Below, piece after piece: positions 1 to 11,194 of a stretch of 64,000 bases of DNA. The position numbers and the translations under genes are program-made. The stretch's first letter is position 1. Each line of letters begins with the position of its first letter. The stretch comes from an uncultured cyanobacterium (GTDB taxonomy: Bacteria; Cyanobacteriota; Cyanobacteriia; Cyanobacteriales; Cyanobacteriaceae), in NCBI GenBank assembly GCA_963749915.1, contig CAVVOP010000021.1, positions 672,001-736,000 of the forward strand. The letters are read 5' to 3'. The notes beneath the pieces were generated by a model that did not search any database, was not told the DNA's origin, and saw nothing but the letters and a program-made list of their open reading frames with translations.

Positions 1-45
1 TATAGGAAAAAAACTTCTCCAACATAGAATTATAGAATTTATGAG

Positions 46-350
46 CTGTGGGGGCGACAAAGTGGTCATAAAGCTGACTGAATCAAGGATATAGCCCTTA
101 GTCCTCGAAGATAATGACTCTTTTTCTGGGGAAATTAGGAAACCAAACTTGCTCTATAGTCCATTTTTTCAGGCTCAAAAATCTTTGTAACTTTTTAATT
201 CTACTTGTTAATTTTATCGGATATGGGAAACGACAAGCTATTTAGGACTGCTATAGTATTACAATAGTCTGAATAAGATGATCTTTTTTGAGGGTAACGT
301 CTTTAATCCCTTGTTATATCTTATATTGAAGAGTATTGTCGCCCCCACAG
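46..350. mobile_element. MITE-like element with 15-bp perfect terminal inverted repeats
   Basis: ctgtgggggcgacaa (46-60) and ttgtcgcccccacag (336-350); no ORF; contains an atttaggactgctata IS630-type MITE end at ~240-255. Confidence 0.65.
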
Positions 351-490
351 GGAGAGTATACAATCATTATACTCTTTTGATTATAGGAAGCGCGATCGCA
401 CTCACCTAAGATGCGGCTTCACCGAACGCACTTTGTACCCTAAAAGAGGTTTTGTGCTAATCTGTAATTACCGCAGTAAAAGAGGTTAAG

Positions 491-1144
491 GTGATGGTAC
501 AAATACAACAACCTTCTCAGTCAGCGGTTATCTATCCCGATAGTGATGGCAAACCAATGGCAGATAATACGAAACAGTTTCGTTGGATTGTGGTGATTCA
601 GCAGAATTTGGAGTGGCTGTTTGCAGATAATCCCAAGGTGTTTGTGGCTGGTGATTTACTTTGGTATCCCCTCAAAGGTGATAATAAGATGCGCACAGCA
701 CCAGATGTCATGGTAGTGTTGGGTCGTCCCAAGGGGGATAGGGGTTCTTACCGACAGTGGGAAGAGGAAAATATTGCTCCCCAAGTTGTGTTTGAAATTC
801 TCTCACCAGGAAACAGACGAGCTGAAATGAGCCGGAAGCTTTTATTTTATGATCGTTTTGGAGTAGAGGAGTATTATCTCTACGATCCTGATAAAAATGA
901 GTTGAGTGCTTGGGTTCGCCGAGAAGGATTTCTCGATTTAATCGAATCAGTGGCTGATTGGGTTAGTCCTCAACTACAAATAAAGTTTGATTTATCGGCA
1001 GAGGAATTACAAATTTTTCGCCCAGATGGACAACGGTTTTTGAGCTATGTAGAAATTGCTCAACGAGCAGAGAAAGCAGAAGCAAAGGTAAACCGCTTGG
1101 CAGAAAAGTTACGGGAGATGGGAATTGATCCCGAGCAGGTCTGA
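491..1144 (+). CDS. Uma2 family (DUF820) endonuclease
   Basis: YPDSDGKPMADNT, PDVMVV, PQVVFEILSPGN, GVEEYYLYDP motifs; C-terminal LRExGIDP tail. Confidence 0.92.
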   Translation: MMVQIQQPSQSAVIYPDSDGKPMADNTKQFRWIVVIQQNLEWLFADNPKVFVAGDLLWYPLKGDNKMRTAPDVMVVLGRPKGDRGSYRQWEEENIAPQVVFEILSPGNRRAEMSRKLLFYDRFGVEEYYLYDPDKNELSAWVRREGFLDLIESVADWVSPQLQIKFDLSAEELQIFRPDGQRFLSYVEIAQRAEKAEAKVNRLAEKLREMGIDPEQV

Positions 1145-1229
1145 GGAAGATTACTTGAGTTTGTTTGAGGTAGATCGTACTTCAAGCAGTGTAGAGTGCG
1201 ATCGCACTAATTGGGTTCACCAATAAGGA

Positions 1230-2541
1230 ATGAAGAGTTGGTGGAAGGATCAATACTGCGAAATCTATCGAGATTTATTTCCAGAAGTGAGAACATTTGA
1301 GTATTTTAAGTATCTGTATTTGGGACTAATATCAGATATAAAAAGAAAAAGTTTACCAGCAATCGCCAAGGTATTAGGGTTAGAAAATGCTGAGGGAGTT
1401 AAATCACTTTTTAACCGAATCACCTTGGTCAGTGGAAGAGCTAAAAAATAGAAGATTAGAGTTAATTTTACAAGTAATAAATGGAGAAGACATTATCGTA
1501 ATGAACTAGATGAAACAGGAGATAGAAAGAAAGGAAATAAAACCGATTATGTCACAAGGCAATATATTGGAAATTTAGGCAAAGTAGAAAATGGAATAGT
1601 AACGGTAACAGCTTATGGATTAGTTCGAGGAATTACATTTCCTTTACTCGAGGAAATTTATAAACCAAAAGAGAGATTAAAAAAAGGAGATCAATACAAA
1701 AGTAAGCCAAAAATAGGAGGAGAAATGATCAAAAAATTGAAAGAAAAAGGCTTTAAAATTAAGTTAGTGTTAGGGGATAGTGAATATGGAGAAAGTGAAG
1801 ACAATTTTGTCAGTATCTTAAATCAAGAAGAACTAAACTTCGTAAAGCGCAATAAGAAGTAACCATGGGATGTGGTTGCCTTCTGGACAAAGAGTGAGAG
1901 CAAATAAATGGAAAGAATTTGAGAGAATATTTTCCACACAAAAGAAAGAAAAAAGATATGTAAGGGAAATAATTTACGGCAAGAAAAGAGAAACTAGATA
2001 TTGGCAAGTAACAGATGATCAAGAAACATTACCCCCAAATTCAACCTGGTATATAATGACAAAAATACCGGGGATAAAATATCAAGAAGTAGGAAATTTG
2101 TACGGGTTAAGAAATTGGGTAGAATATGGATTAAAACAAAGCAAAAATGAATTAGGATGGGCTGATTTTAGGGTAACAGAATTTAGGAGAATTGAAAAAT
2201 GGTGGGAAATGGTAATGACTGTATACTTAATGGTAAGTTTACAGTCAGAACAATTAAATCAATCAAAAAAAGAAACTGTAGAAAAAGAAAAAAAATTACA
2301 AGAAGAAATGAAAAAACATCCGTGGTGGAATGAGGGAAAAGGCTGGAAAAATATCCTCAATAAATTAAGGCTATTTCTGCAACCATTGTCTTGTTTTAAC
2401 TTGCTAAAGCCTTGGTTATTAATGTTTTTTAAACCTAAGATAGTTGGCTCGTTTTGGCGATTATTTTCCCAAATAAATCAATTCATAAATTCTATGTTGG
2501 AGAAGTTTTTTTCCTATAGTTTTTGTTTCTCCTTTACCTAA
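1230..2541 (+). pseudogene. IS701 family transposase, frameshifted
   Basis: Fragments FPEVRTFEYFKYL, DETGDRKKG..TDYV.RQYIGNLGKVENG, YGLRNWVEYGLKQSKNELGWADFRV in different frames. Confidence 0.85.
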
Positions 2542-2559
2542 AGTTCCAGAAGAGCGTTA

Positions 2560-3195
2560 ATTAAATCCTCATTCCTTTGGACATCGTTCAACTTAATGGC
2601 CCACTTGCGTCCCCCCACCCAAATCAAATGCACGGACTGAAAACATTGCAGAACCCAGCGTAGGGTTGGGCGCTCTGTCTGCTTACCCTTTTGATTAGGA
2701 ATCGTTTCTGAGGCGATCGCCAAAGAGGAACTTGTCGCTGTCCGATGCTGTAGACCAGCAAACATAGCCCCATAATCATGGCCAAGGCAGCCACTCGTTG
2801 CGGTAACTTGACAAAGACCCGAGAAGCAAAAAAGAGGGGGTCTTTGAGGAAGCGAAAACCTCCCTCACAGGACTGCTGATTTTTGTACTCTTGCAGCACT
2901 GTACCATTGGACCACAGCTTATCATCAAGTAAGAGCGTAAGTGCTACATACTTCGGCTATGGCGTAGTTGTTGTTCAAGGAACTGACAGTGAACATCTCC
3001 TGGGGGATAGTCTGCATTAACTGTTGCGCCTCGGCAATGGTGGCAGGGACGCGACTAATCCAAGGGGTCTGTCCTAAGGCTATCAGGTTTTCTTCATTGT
3101 AAAGAGCGGCATCAGCCACATAGACTTCCGGCTTGGCGGCTCTCCACTGTTGCTGAAATTGGGCGATTACTTCGGTGAGTACGGCTTGATCAGCA
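2560..3195 (-). pseudogene. IS1634 family transposase C-terminal remnant (GC-richer lineage)
   Basis: ADAALYNEENL..WISRVP, EYKNQQSCEGGFRFLKDPLFF, NQKGKQTERPTLRWVLQCF fragments, frameshifted. Confidence 0.8.
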
Positions 3196-4279
3196 TCGTT
3201 GCCTTTCTGCTCTTTTTTTAAATTCCTTTATTTTGGTTAAATCTGATTTTAAAACAGCACTAATTTGATAAAATTTTTCAAGTTTTTCTTCTTTCTTTTT
3301 TGTTTTTTTCTTTTGATTATTTAATTCAATGCAGCTAATTTTTATCTCGGTTATTTGATGATATTTTAACGTCTTATTCAGTCTCAATATTATTTCTTCT
3401 GCTCCTTCTGACGAGCTAAATTCCTCTTTCATCAATTTCTTCAATTTTTCTTCCATTTTTTCTTTTTCTTTCTCTATATTTTTTCTAAGTTTTTCAAGAT
3501 TTGATACTTTTCTTTTTTCACTTTCTACTATTAGACATCTCTGTTCAATTTTTGCATAATTATTCCTTACTTCATACCATGAATATCCCTCTAAACTACT
3601 AGGAATAAAATCAGATGATGGTAATTCTGAAACCAAATTGAGGGCATCTTTTATTGATAATGGAACTCTTGATAACCATTCCATTCCACTCATCAATTTC
3701 AGGTTATTCTCTGTATATAAAGCACTATCACCCACTATCATTGTCTCAAAATCTATCATTGATTTGTATTCAGAAGCTATTTTTCCGAAAACTGCTTTAT
3801 CATTTTCATTGCCCGAAGCTACTCTTAAAAATAGGGGAATATCTCCATCACTACTCACAATTAAATCCAGAATAAATTGTTTTAAATCTGGTCTATGGTC
3901 ACGGGAATAACCTCTAATTATCTTAATTGGAATTTGATTTATTAGCTCTTGTTGTGTATTTTCTTTAACAAAATTGCCGGTAATTTTTTCTTGACTATAT
4001 TTGCCCTCTACCGCAAAAGAAGTTGAATCCAATTCCGATTAAATGTTCTGTGGCTTTATCTTCAAAAAACTGTGGAAATAGATAAAGAGGGCGAGAAATA
4101 AATCCTAATCCATTAAGTATAATTGCTTTGACTATTTGACCAGCTGTGACAATTTCCCTCTCGTCAATCCCAAGGGCATCATTAATAATTTTTTCAAGGC
4201 CAATTTCATCTATAATTCCAGCGATTAATCCTAAATGATTAATAGTTTAAACTTGTATTTCTTCTGAGGAAATCATCAT
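3196..4279 (-). pseudogene. IS1634 family transposase N-terminal remnant (AT-rich lineage)
   Basis: HLGLIAGIIDEIG, DSTSFAVEGKY, GYSRDHRPDLKQF, GDSALYT; frameshifts, fused to previous remnant; element end gacgtgcggaatgtggg at ~5829-5845. Confidence 0.85.
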
Positions 4280-4347
4280 CAAAATTCCATTAAAAACTTA
4301 ATTTAATTATCCCTTTAATAGGCTTAGTTTTCTAATAATTTATCTAG

Positions 4348-5701
4348 GAGTCTGTCGGACTTAAGTGGCAGGGAACAAGATATAATACTTTTGCACTGTC
4401 GAATCTATCAGGAGAAGACTCATTAGTAACAAACCCCCTAAAGTTGATAATCCGACAATGGAACCTCCTTGGCATAAGCTTCAGGAAGCATGGTTTCGGA
4501 AATTACTGTTAACATAGCCCCTGCGGCATAGACTCTAAGATAGAAATCGGGACTCAGGGGCATCGGCAAAAAGTTGACTGCCTAATGCTGCCAATATACC
4601 TGTGACAACCATGATCGATGTCCACATTAGCAAAATTCGGGGAATGGAAACTCCTTGTTGTTTCATTCCTTGGGAACTGGATAAGGCTTCAGGATAATTG
4701 GAGATAAACAATCCAGCCAGTAAGGAACTACTGATGGGATTAGTTATTATATGCGCTCCAATAGTAAGGGCTTCAGGAATTCCATCCATTAACAGTCCTA
4801 GCCAAATAGCCACTGGTGCATCTTTATGCTCTGCCATCATGGAACTCATCCGAGTTGCAGAAGGAATTAATTTTCCTTGATTCATGCTTTGGAGAGATTC
4901 TTGTACCCACTGTGCCGCTTTCTGGGAATCATAATGTTGTCGGGTTTGTAGATAATCCTTAAGTTGGGTTGCTCCAGAAAAGTTTTGACACTTTCTTCCA
5001 GAGGAGGAGACTGGTGTAACATTTCTTCAAAGTCCTGTTTTATGAAACTCCACACTTAAACATCAGTTTTGGCGATCGCTGTTACTCGTATGAGAAGCAC
5101 CGGTTACAAAAGTAATTGTCCAAAAGCATCTGCTGTGGTTAAAACCAGCGAGAAGTTGGCCAGGTGACGGGGATAGATAGATTTCTACTTCACCCTGGTG
5201 AATAATCTGAGACGATCGAGCAAAATCATCGGGCTGAAAAAACACAGTGATCATCTTCAAAGGAACTATAGACTAAGCGATCGGCTATATCTTCGTAAAT
5301 CTTCTCCAGGTAGAATAGCTAAATACTGGAAATCGACGAAATTAGCGGGCTAAATTTAAAAAATCACTTCGGCGTTCTGAATATTGTTTACTGCTGGAAC
5401 TTGTATTCTGCATTATTTGCCGGAGGTAACATGGGCTTAACTCGACCAATCTTTATTTGCTACGTGGATTTGAAGCAGTGACAGGGGAGTGGACACTGGT
5501 GTAGTATTGCTTTCAATTTGAAGCGTTTTTGTAGGCTTTCCAGTGTGTAACATAAGTATCGAAATCAGATTCCCCAAAATCGGACGGTCAAATGGAGCGC
5601 TCGCCATGACACGAAATTACCGGCAAAACGATACAATAGTACTATTTTTTTGTCCCTTCAGTTCTTTTTAATTTCAAAGAATTCCTAAGTTCGACAGACT
5701 C
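4348..5701. mobile_element. Non-autonomous TIR element with CTAG target duplication, nested in the IS1634 end
   Basis: gagtctgtcggactt (from 4348) / aagttcgacagactc (to 5701), flanked by ctag at 4344-4347 and 5702-5705. Confidence 0.7.
4385..5345 (-). pseudogene. cNMP-binding domain + ZIP-like membrane protein, degraded
   Basis: IWLGLLMDGIPEAL, FISNYPEALSSS, AGAMLTVISETMLPEAY; upstream IIHQGEVEI cNMP-like fragment; many frameshifts. Confidence 0.7.
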
Positions 5702-6161
5702 CTAGGTTCTCTTAATTATTTAGAGAACTAACTTGTAACTGAGTATTTTTACTTAAAAAACATACTGAGAGTTTCTTTTGATAGTCACTTTTCAGTCTCT
5801 AATTTCATAATCTGAAATTATACAGTTTGACGTGCGGAATGTGGGATTAAACTTCCAAGGTACAATTCATCAGTTTCTAGACCAAAGCCGCTTATTGCAT
5901 CCCAACGGCATGAAACACGAACTAACCAAACCTGCGATTAAAGCGATTTACGCAAATAGATTCCAACAGCGTAATCCATTCTTTTCCGATCAATATTATG
6001 CAGTAATTCTCAGGTTGTGCATTACAATAGTATTTCATTGTAAACACAAGGAACATTTTGCTTTTTTTGCGCAGCAGAAGTATTATTATCGTTTATTTTC
6101 GGCATTACGCGGCTCTTCGGGCGCACCCTGCGTGCGATCGCACTACAAGATGGCGATCGCA

Positions 6162-6542
6162 CTATAATAGTACTCGCAATTTAAAAGCTTCTTGAGAATT
6201 AAGTTGACGTTTTCCATTTAATATGTCTAAGATTGTCTGTTCTTGCTCAAAAATATTCAAAAAATCTGTTATGTTTAAATTATATTCTTCTATTAATGTT
6301 TGTAATAATTCTCTATCAGTTAATTTGGGAAGTTGCTCATTTTTTTCTTCATAATCATAGACCAACATACCTAATACTCTTAGATAGTCTTGATCATCTT
6401 GATTAAGATTTTTTCGATCTAATAGATCATTAATTCTTTTTTGAGTTGCTATTAATTCAGCTTCATTTGTGATAGGACGGGGAGCAAATTCTGTAATTAA
6501 ATTAAGATAATAAATACTAGGAGTTGTCAAACCAGTTGTCAT
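6162..6542 (-). CDS. higA: HigA-type antitoxin / HTH regulator
   Basis: FAPRPITNE..YLRVLGMLVYDYEE..ILNGKRQL; directly downstream of higB; start taken at MTTG. Confidence 0.8.
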   Translation of the reverse strand: MTTGLTTPSIYYLNLITEFAPRPITNEAELIATQKRINDLLDRKNLNQDDQDYLRVLGMLVYDYEEKNEQLPKLTDRELLQTLIEEYNLNITDFLNIFEQEQTILDILNGKRQLNSQEAFKLRVLL

Positions 6543-6828
6543 TTTTCCACTTCTCCTTATCATAATCTGGGTGGGTTAAAACAGCGCGAATAAAGATGAT
6601 TTGTGCTTGATAATCAATGTAAGTGATTAAGCGATAATTATTACCACTAATATTAAAAATAGTAAAATTGCTAACTAAATCAGCCGAGGAAAATAGTTGA
6701 CGCAATTGAGCAAAATTCTCAAGGGAAGATTTTGTAACTTTTTCATACCATAATAATAAGCTATTTCTAGCTTTTGGGTGCTTTTCCCAAAATTCTCGCA
6801 ATGTCCTCCGACTAATTACTCGCATCAT
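6517..6828 (-). CDS. higB: HigB family toxin
   Basis: MRVISRRTLREFWEKHP, FNISGNNYRLI, LTHPDYDKEKWK. Confidence 0.9.
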   Translation of the reverse strand: MMRVISRRTLREFWEKHPKARNSLLLWYEKVTKSSLENFAQLRQLFSSADLVSNFTIFNISGNNYRLITYIDYQAQIIFIRAVLTHPDYDKEKWKNDNWFDNS

Positions 6829-7130
6829 CTAAAAAGATAAACACTTTATTAATGATAACTCAATAAACTTAGGTTTATGGATAGCTACTAAGCAAGAATA
6901 AGACAGATAATCATCGATTATTGTAGGTTCTTAAGAGCGGGAAAGAGACGACAATGGTGTTGGGTTTCGCTTAATCAAATTGATAAGTTTTCTCAAAAAT
7001 ATTGATTCGCTCAACCCAACCTACGGGCGAGGCGCACCGCCGAAGGCGGATCTCTTCGAGATCGCACTATGGTGAGGTTATCGCCCGATAAAATAGATGA
7101 AGACAAAATTACGGTTAACTATCTTCCCCA

Positions 7131-7313
7131 ATGCCTAACTACAGACGAGTCAATCTTGCTGGTGGTACTTATTTTATAACACAGGTAACCTATCAGAGAG
7201 AACCTTGGCTGTGTCGTGAAGTTGGACGCAAGGCTCTCAGGGAAGCCATGGAAAAAGTACGAGAGAAATATCCTTTTTCGATTGATGCTTTTGAAGGAGT
7301 TTGGGATGAATGA
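7131..7313 (+). pseudogene. REP-associated tyrosine transposase (RAYT) N-terminal fragment
   Basis: MPNYRR..GGTYFITQVTYQR..YPFSIDAF, truncated before the HUH motif; REP-like palindromes nearby. Confidence 0.75.
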
Positions 7314-7364
7314 TGTGAAAGTGGGGTGGGTATAGCCTTCGGCATAGCTCCGCTAGAGCGACAG

Positions 7365-7441
7365 CGTAACCCACCGAAATATTATGGGATAGGTGGTGCG
7401 TCACATTTCATTAACGCACCCTACAAGATGGCGATCGCACT
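7365..7441. repeat. REP-like 77-bp direct repeat, copy 1
   Basis: cgtaacccaccgaaat...ggtgcgt-cacatttcatta-acgcacc-ctacaagatggcgatcgcact; near-identical to 8112-8188. Confidence 0.8.
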
Positions 7442-7459
7442 ACAAGATCCGCGATCGCG

Positions 7460-7654
7460 CTACAGGATATTTGATTGCAATTTTTCTCGTTGTAGTAACC
7501 TTGCTCGCTTCTGTTCACGCAATTGGGCATCAATTTGAGCGATCGCATCATCTAAAAACAAATTATATAATTCTAGTTGGTGATTACTTTGTCTTAATCC
7601 TTCCAAACAACGTTTTTTCGTTTCTTCGTCGGGGTAGAGATATTGCTTACTCAT
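7460..7654 (-). CDS. Small hypothetical helical protein
   Basis: ORF MSKQYLYPDEETKKRC..., start overlaps stop of upstream gene. Confidence 0.55.
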   Translation of the reverse strand: MSKQYLYPDEETKKRCLEGLRQSNHQLELYNLFLDDAIAQIDAQLREQKRARLLQREKLQSNIL

Positions 7655-7995
7655 GGTAAACTCCAACCTTTTTTGATTTCTTGAATACTAGCATGGGAAG
7701 CTTCTAAATTAGCAGACCCATTGTTAATTGCTTGAGTTAATAACTCAATCATAGCATTTGAGGCTATAGGCTGTGCTTCCAAAATTCTCAATGTTAAAGT
7801 GTTTAGGCGAGAATAGGATTGATTTAATCTTTCTTTGACATTTTGTAATTCTTCTAATTCATTAATTGTCTGAGTAGTTTCCCCGTATTTTTCAAAAATC
7901 ATCCATTCAGTTGCACCAGCATTTTCGATTTCCTCTGCTATTTGTCGCAAGAGGTTGAAAATATTGGTTAAGGCTTCAGGAGATAATTTTGCCAT
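7651..7995 (-). CDS. Hypothetical helical protein
   Basis: 114-aa ORF with ATG start, coupled to next ORF. Confidence 0.65.
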   Translation of the reverse strand: MAKLSPEALTNIFNLLRQIAEEIENAGATEWMIFEKYGETTQTINELEELQNVKERLNQSYSRLNTLTLRILEAQPIASNAMIELLTQAINNGSANLEASHASIQEIKKGWSLP

Positions 7996-8111
7996 TGTTG
8001 CTAAAAACTCTTTTTTTATTCATTTTCACATAATATCTGTTAAGTAGGGCTTGCTTAAAAAGACCAAAACCTTTACATATCTTAAGTCCAGTAGGGTAAG
8101 TTAGCGCTACT

Positions 8112-8188
8112 CGTAACCCACCGAAATATTATGGGATAGGTGGTGCGTTACATTTCATTAACGCACCCTACAAGATGGCGATCGCACT
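8112..8188. repeat. REP-like 77-bp direct repeat, copy 2
   Basis: One mismatch seen versus 7365-7441. Confidence 0.8.
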
Positions 8189-8248
8189 GCCGCTGCGCGA
8201 TCGAAAATGATATGGGTGCGGTTCTTTGATAAAATAAGAAGAACACAT

Positions 8249-9527
8249 GGGCACCTCGAAAAATTCAAACTACACTCATCAGGTCAGTCTCTGAGGCAAT
8301 TTTTTTGAAAAGCTGAATGTAACATAAATTCATAGCACGAGTCTCTGGGAATTAATTATCGGACTTGCCAACACTTGAAAGCTTTTAACTGAGCTGAATT
8401 CATCAATTTACCTTTCTGTTAACCTCCCTAAGCTGCACGAGTTTCTAGATACACGTATCGTTTCAAATTGTACGCCAGATTTTTCAAGCCTAGATTGGCT
8501 TTGGCTCGCTCAATCCCAATTGAGCGTATCAACTTACCTCCCATCTCATTGACGATAGCTCCAAACACATGCTCTACCTTGGCCCGAGTCTTGGACTTCT
8601 GGCGATTGTTCTCTTTCTGCTCTTCTGTTAACGGGTGATTGCGATACCCTCTCTCATTGATGTGAGAACACCAGTTCAATAACACTAAGAACCATTCAAT
8701 CAAGGCACTGCGATAGGCACTATCGGCCCAAACCCCATCTCCTTCATTATCTTCATCTAAGATCTCGGCTAAGGCTTGGGAATCATGTACGGCTGCATCG
8801 GTGACACTATAGTTACGCACAAAACCGTGTTCAACGTCCACATTGATGTGGTTCTTGTAGCCGAAATGACTCACGTTGTTTTTCTTGGTCCAGGTCGCAT
8901 CAATGTCCCGCTGGGACAGACGATGGGGGTTTTCCTGCCAATTTTGGGGAATTTCCCCTTGGTCTAATTGCTCCTTTTCCTCCTTGCTAATATGCTGCTT
9001 GGGAACCGGAACGATCGTCGCATCAATAATTTGCCCCCCCTGAGCTTGGTAGCCCTGAGCTATTAGGTAGCTCTCAAACTGCTCAAAGAGTGCTTCAATC
9101 AGACCAGCATCCGTTAACTGTTGACGGAACAACCAGACCGTTGTCCCATCTGGGACGGCATCAGCTAAGCTCAAACCGAGAAACTCCATGAAGGAAAGAC
9201 GATCATTGACCTGATACTCTAGTTGGTCATCGCTGAGGTTGTGCAGTTTTTGCAGAATTAGCAACTTGAACATCAACACCACATCGAAGGGCTTACGACC
9301 TGCGTTGCTTTTCCTCGGCTTCTGACGCACCCGCTCTAAAATGGGTCGGAACTCTTCCCAGGGAACAGTTTCGTTGAGTCGCCTCAAGAAGTTGTTCTTC
9401 TGGTTCAGTTTCTGGTATCGTTGAGTTAGTTCTGGTTGTCCGGCTACGTTCATGGTGCTTCACCTCCGTGACATCTAATCTCTAGGATTGCACTATTGAG
9501 GAACTAAATCAATTTTTCGAGGTGCCC
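8249..9527 (-). mobile_element. IS5 family insertion sequence
   Basis: 17-bp TIRs gggcacctcgaaaaatt / aatttttcgaggtgccc enclosing a transposase. Confidence 0.9.
8428..9453 (-). CDS. IS5 family transposase
   Basis: GRKPFDVVLMFK, IIDATIV, FGYKNH, ADSAY, RAKVEHVFG. Confidence 0.93.
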   Translation of the reverse strand: MNVAGQPELTQRYQKLNQKNNFLRRLNETVPWEEFRPILERVRQKPRKSNAGRKPFDVVLMFKLLILQKLHNLSDDQLEYQVNDRLSFMEFLGLSLADAVPDGTTVWLFRQQLTDAGLIEALFEQFESYLIAQGYQAQGGQIIDATIVPVPKQHISKEEKEQLDQGEIPQNWQENPHRLSQRDIDATWTKKNNVSHFGYKNHINVDVEHGFVRNYSVTDAAVHDSQALAEILDEDNEGDGVWADSAYRSALIEWFLVLLNWCSHINERGYRNHPLTEEQKENNRQKSKTRAKVEHVFGAIVNEMGGKLIRSIGIERAKANLGLKNLAYNLKRYVYLETRAA

Positions 9528-10200
9528 TAGAGAAAGAAAAAGAAAAAGCAGAAGAAACATTAACAAAGTTGATGAAAGAAGAATTTAGGTCATCAGAAGT
9601 AGCAGAGGAAATAGTTTTAAGACTGAATAAGACTTTAAAATATCATGAAATAACCGAGATAAAAATTAGAGAAAATGAGTTAAAAAAGCAGCAAAAAAAA
9701 TCTAAAAAGAAAGAAGACAAATGAAGTGCGTCGCTTATTAGAGGAGAGAAAAACGAGGATAAAAAATCAGCTAGGAAAACTAACGGAACGTCCAACGTTA
9801 AGATGGATATTTCAATGTTTTCAGGGGATTCATTTAGTAATAAATCAAGGAATAAAACAGATAGTAAATCTAACAAATGAACGAAAACTAATTTTAAGTT
9901 TTTTCCCGATTTCTTGTCATAATTATTATATTTTATCTGGATAACTTATGGGATTTAAGAGTCTAAACATTCTCAATTATAATATCATAAATAAAGAATA
10001 GAAAACTGATAGATTTGCTCTGTTTATTTATTCTCATTAAAGGTGAAGTTATTGACAATGAGATTTTAATTTGAGCAAAGTTCGCAAGTACAAAACGCGA
10101 ATAAAGAAGATATTGAGTATTATTACTTATATTTTGTCCAAAATAAGTTGCTTGGTTTTAATACTTTTATCATCTTACAAAGTGACGTGCGGAATGTGGG
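9528..10200 (+). mobile_element. IS1634 3' remnant with internal deletion and terminal repeat
   Basis: IKNQLGKLTERPTLRWIFQCFQGIH; 9528-9720 resembles 3280-3480; ends gacgtgcggaatgtggg like 5829-5845. Confidence 0.8.
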
Positions 10201-10402
10201 TTCAACCATTGTTCATCGGTGATATCAGTATCGTAACTTAGGCGCATCATAGAAGAGAATTTTTATCTAATTTTGAGTTCCTTGACTCATTCTAGGATTT
10301 TTCAAACACTCTCTCTAACAGACCCATTAATATTCTCTACTTCCGTCAAGATAGTCGTAATACATCCCACAGCTAAAGCAAGTGGGTCTTCTGAGAAGTT
10401 AT

Positions 10403-11194
10403 CTATCGTAAGTGCTCACATCTAAGTTGGTGATTGGGACTAAGAAGAGTGAGCCAAGCCAACAATACTACACCTAGAGTTCCTAAAGCACTTCCTGAGG
10501 CGATGGCAAAGACAATAACTATTTGATAACGCACTGCATCAATAGGACTAGCCCCTGCTAAAATTTGACCTGTCATCATTCCGGGTAAACTGACTAAGCC
10601 CATCACCATCATCGAGTTAATGATGGGTATCATCCCTGTTTTTACTGCCGCCTGAACTTCTCGGTGGGTGGCTTCCCAACGTGTTGCCCCTAATGCCAAT
10701 AAAGTCTCGATGGCACGACGGTTAGTCACTAATCCTTCCATAAATCGTTCTAAACCTAAAGAAATTCCCGTGAGGGTATTCCCCATTATCATCCCTAACA
10801 TTGGGATTAAATATTGGGGGTTGTACCAGGGTTTTACTTGAATAATTCCCGCTACTGATAAATTGGTAACGATAAAAGCTGCCACCAAAATTGATAGTAA
10901 ACTCTGCCAATATATACCCGGAAATCTGCGAGAAGTGCGATTCACGGCGGAAATTCCCGCTATTCCTGCCATTAATAGTGCGATCGCTAATACCAAAAAC
11001 GGGTCAGAAAGGGCAAATAACCATTCAAGGACATAGCCAATTAATAGTAACTGTACAACCATCCGTATTGATGCTATCAGCAAAGGGCGTTCTAACCCCA
11101 AACGCAACCGGAGGGAGAGGGCGACATTGATTAGAATTAACAAAAAAGAAATAGCAAGTTGTCCGTAACTCAAAGAAAGGTAATTATCCGACAT
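10403..11194 (-). CDS. fetB: ABC transporter permease, FetB/UPF0014 family
   Basis: RMVVQLLLIGYVL, MGLVSLPGMMTGQILAGASPIDAVRYQ; start taken at MSDNY. Confidence 0.88.
   Translation of the reverse strand: MSDNYLSLSYGQLAISFLLILINVALSLRLRLGLERPLLIASIRMVVQLLLIGYVLEWLFALSDPFLVLAIALLMAGIAGISAVNRTSRRFPGIYWQSLLSILVAAFIVTNLSVAGIIQVKPWYNPQYLIPMLGMIMGNTLTGISLGLERFMEGLVTNRRAIETLLALGATRWEATHREVQAAVKTGMIPIINSMMVMGLVSLPGMMTGQILAGASPIDAVRYQIVIVFAIASGSALGTLGVVLLAWLTLLSPNHQLRCEHLR

Noticed and set aside
5832..6167. 111-aa ORF
   Set aside because: Starts inside an IS1634 terminal repeat and ends in HIP1 repeats; no recognisable motif
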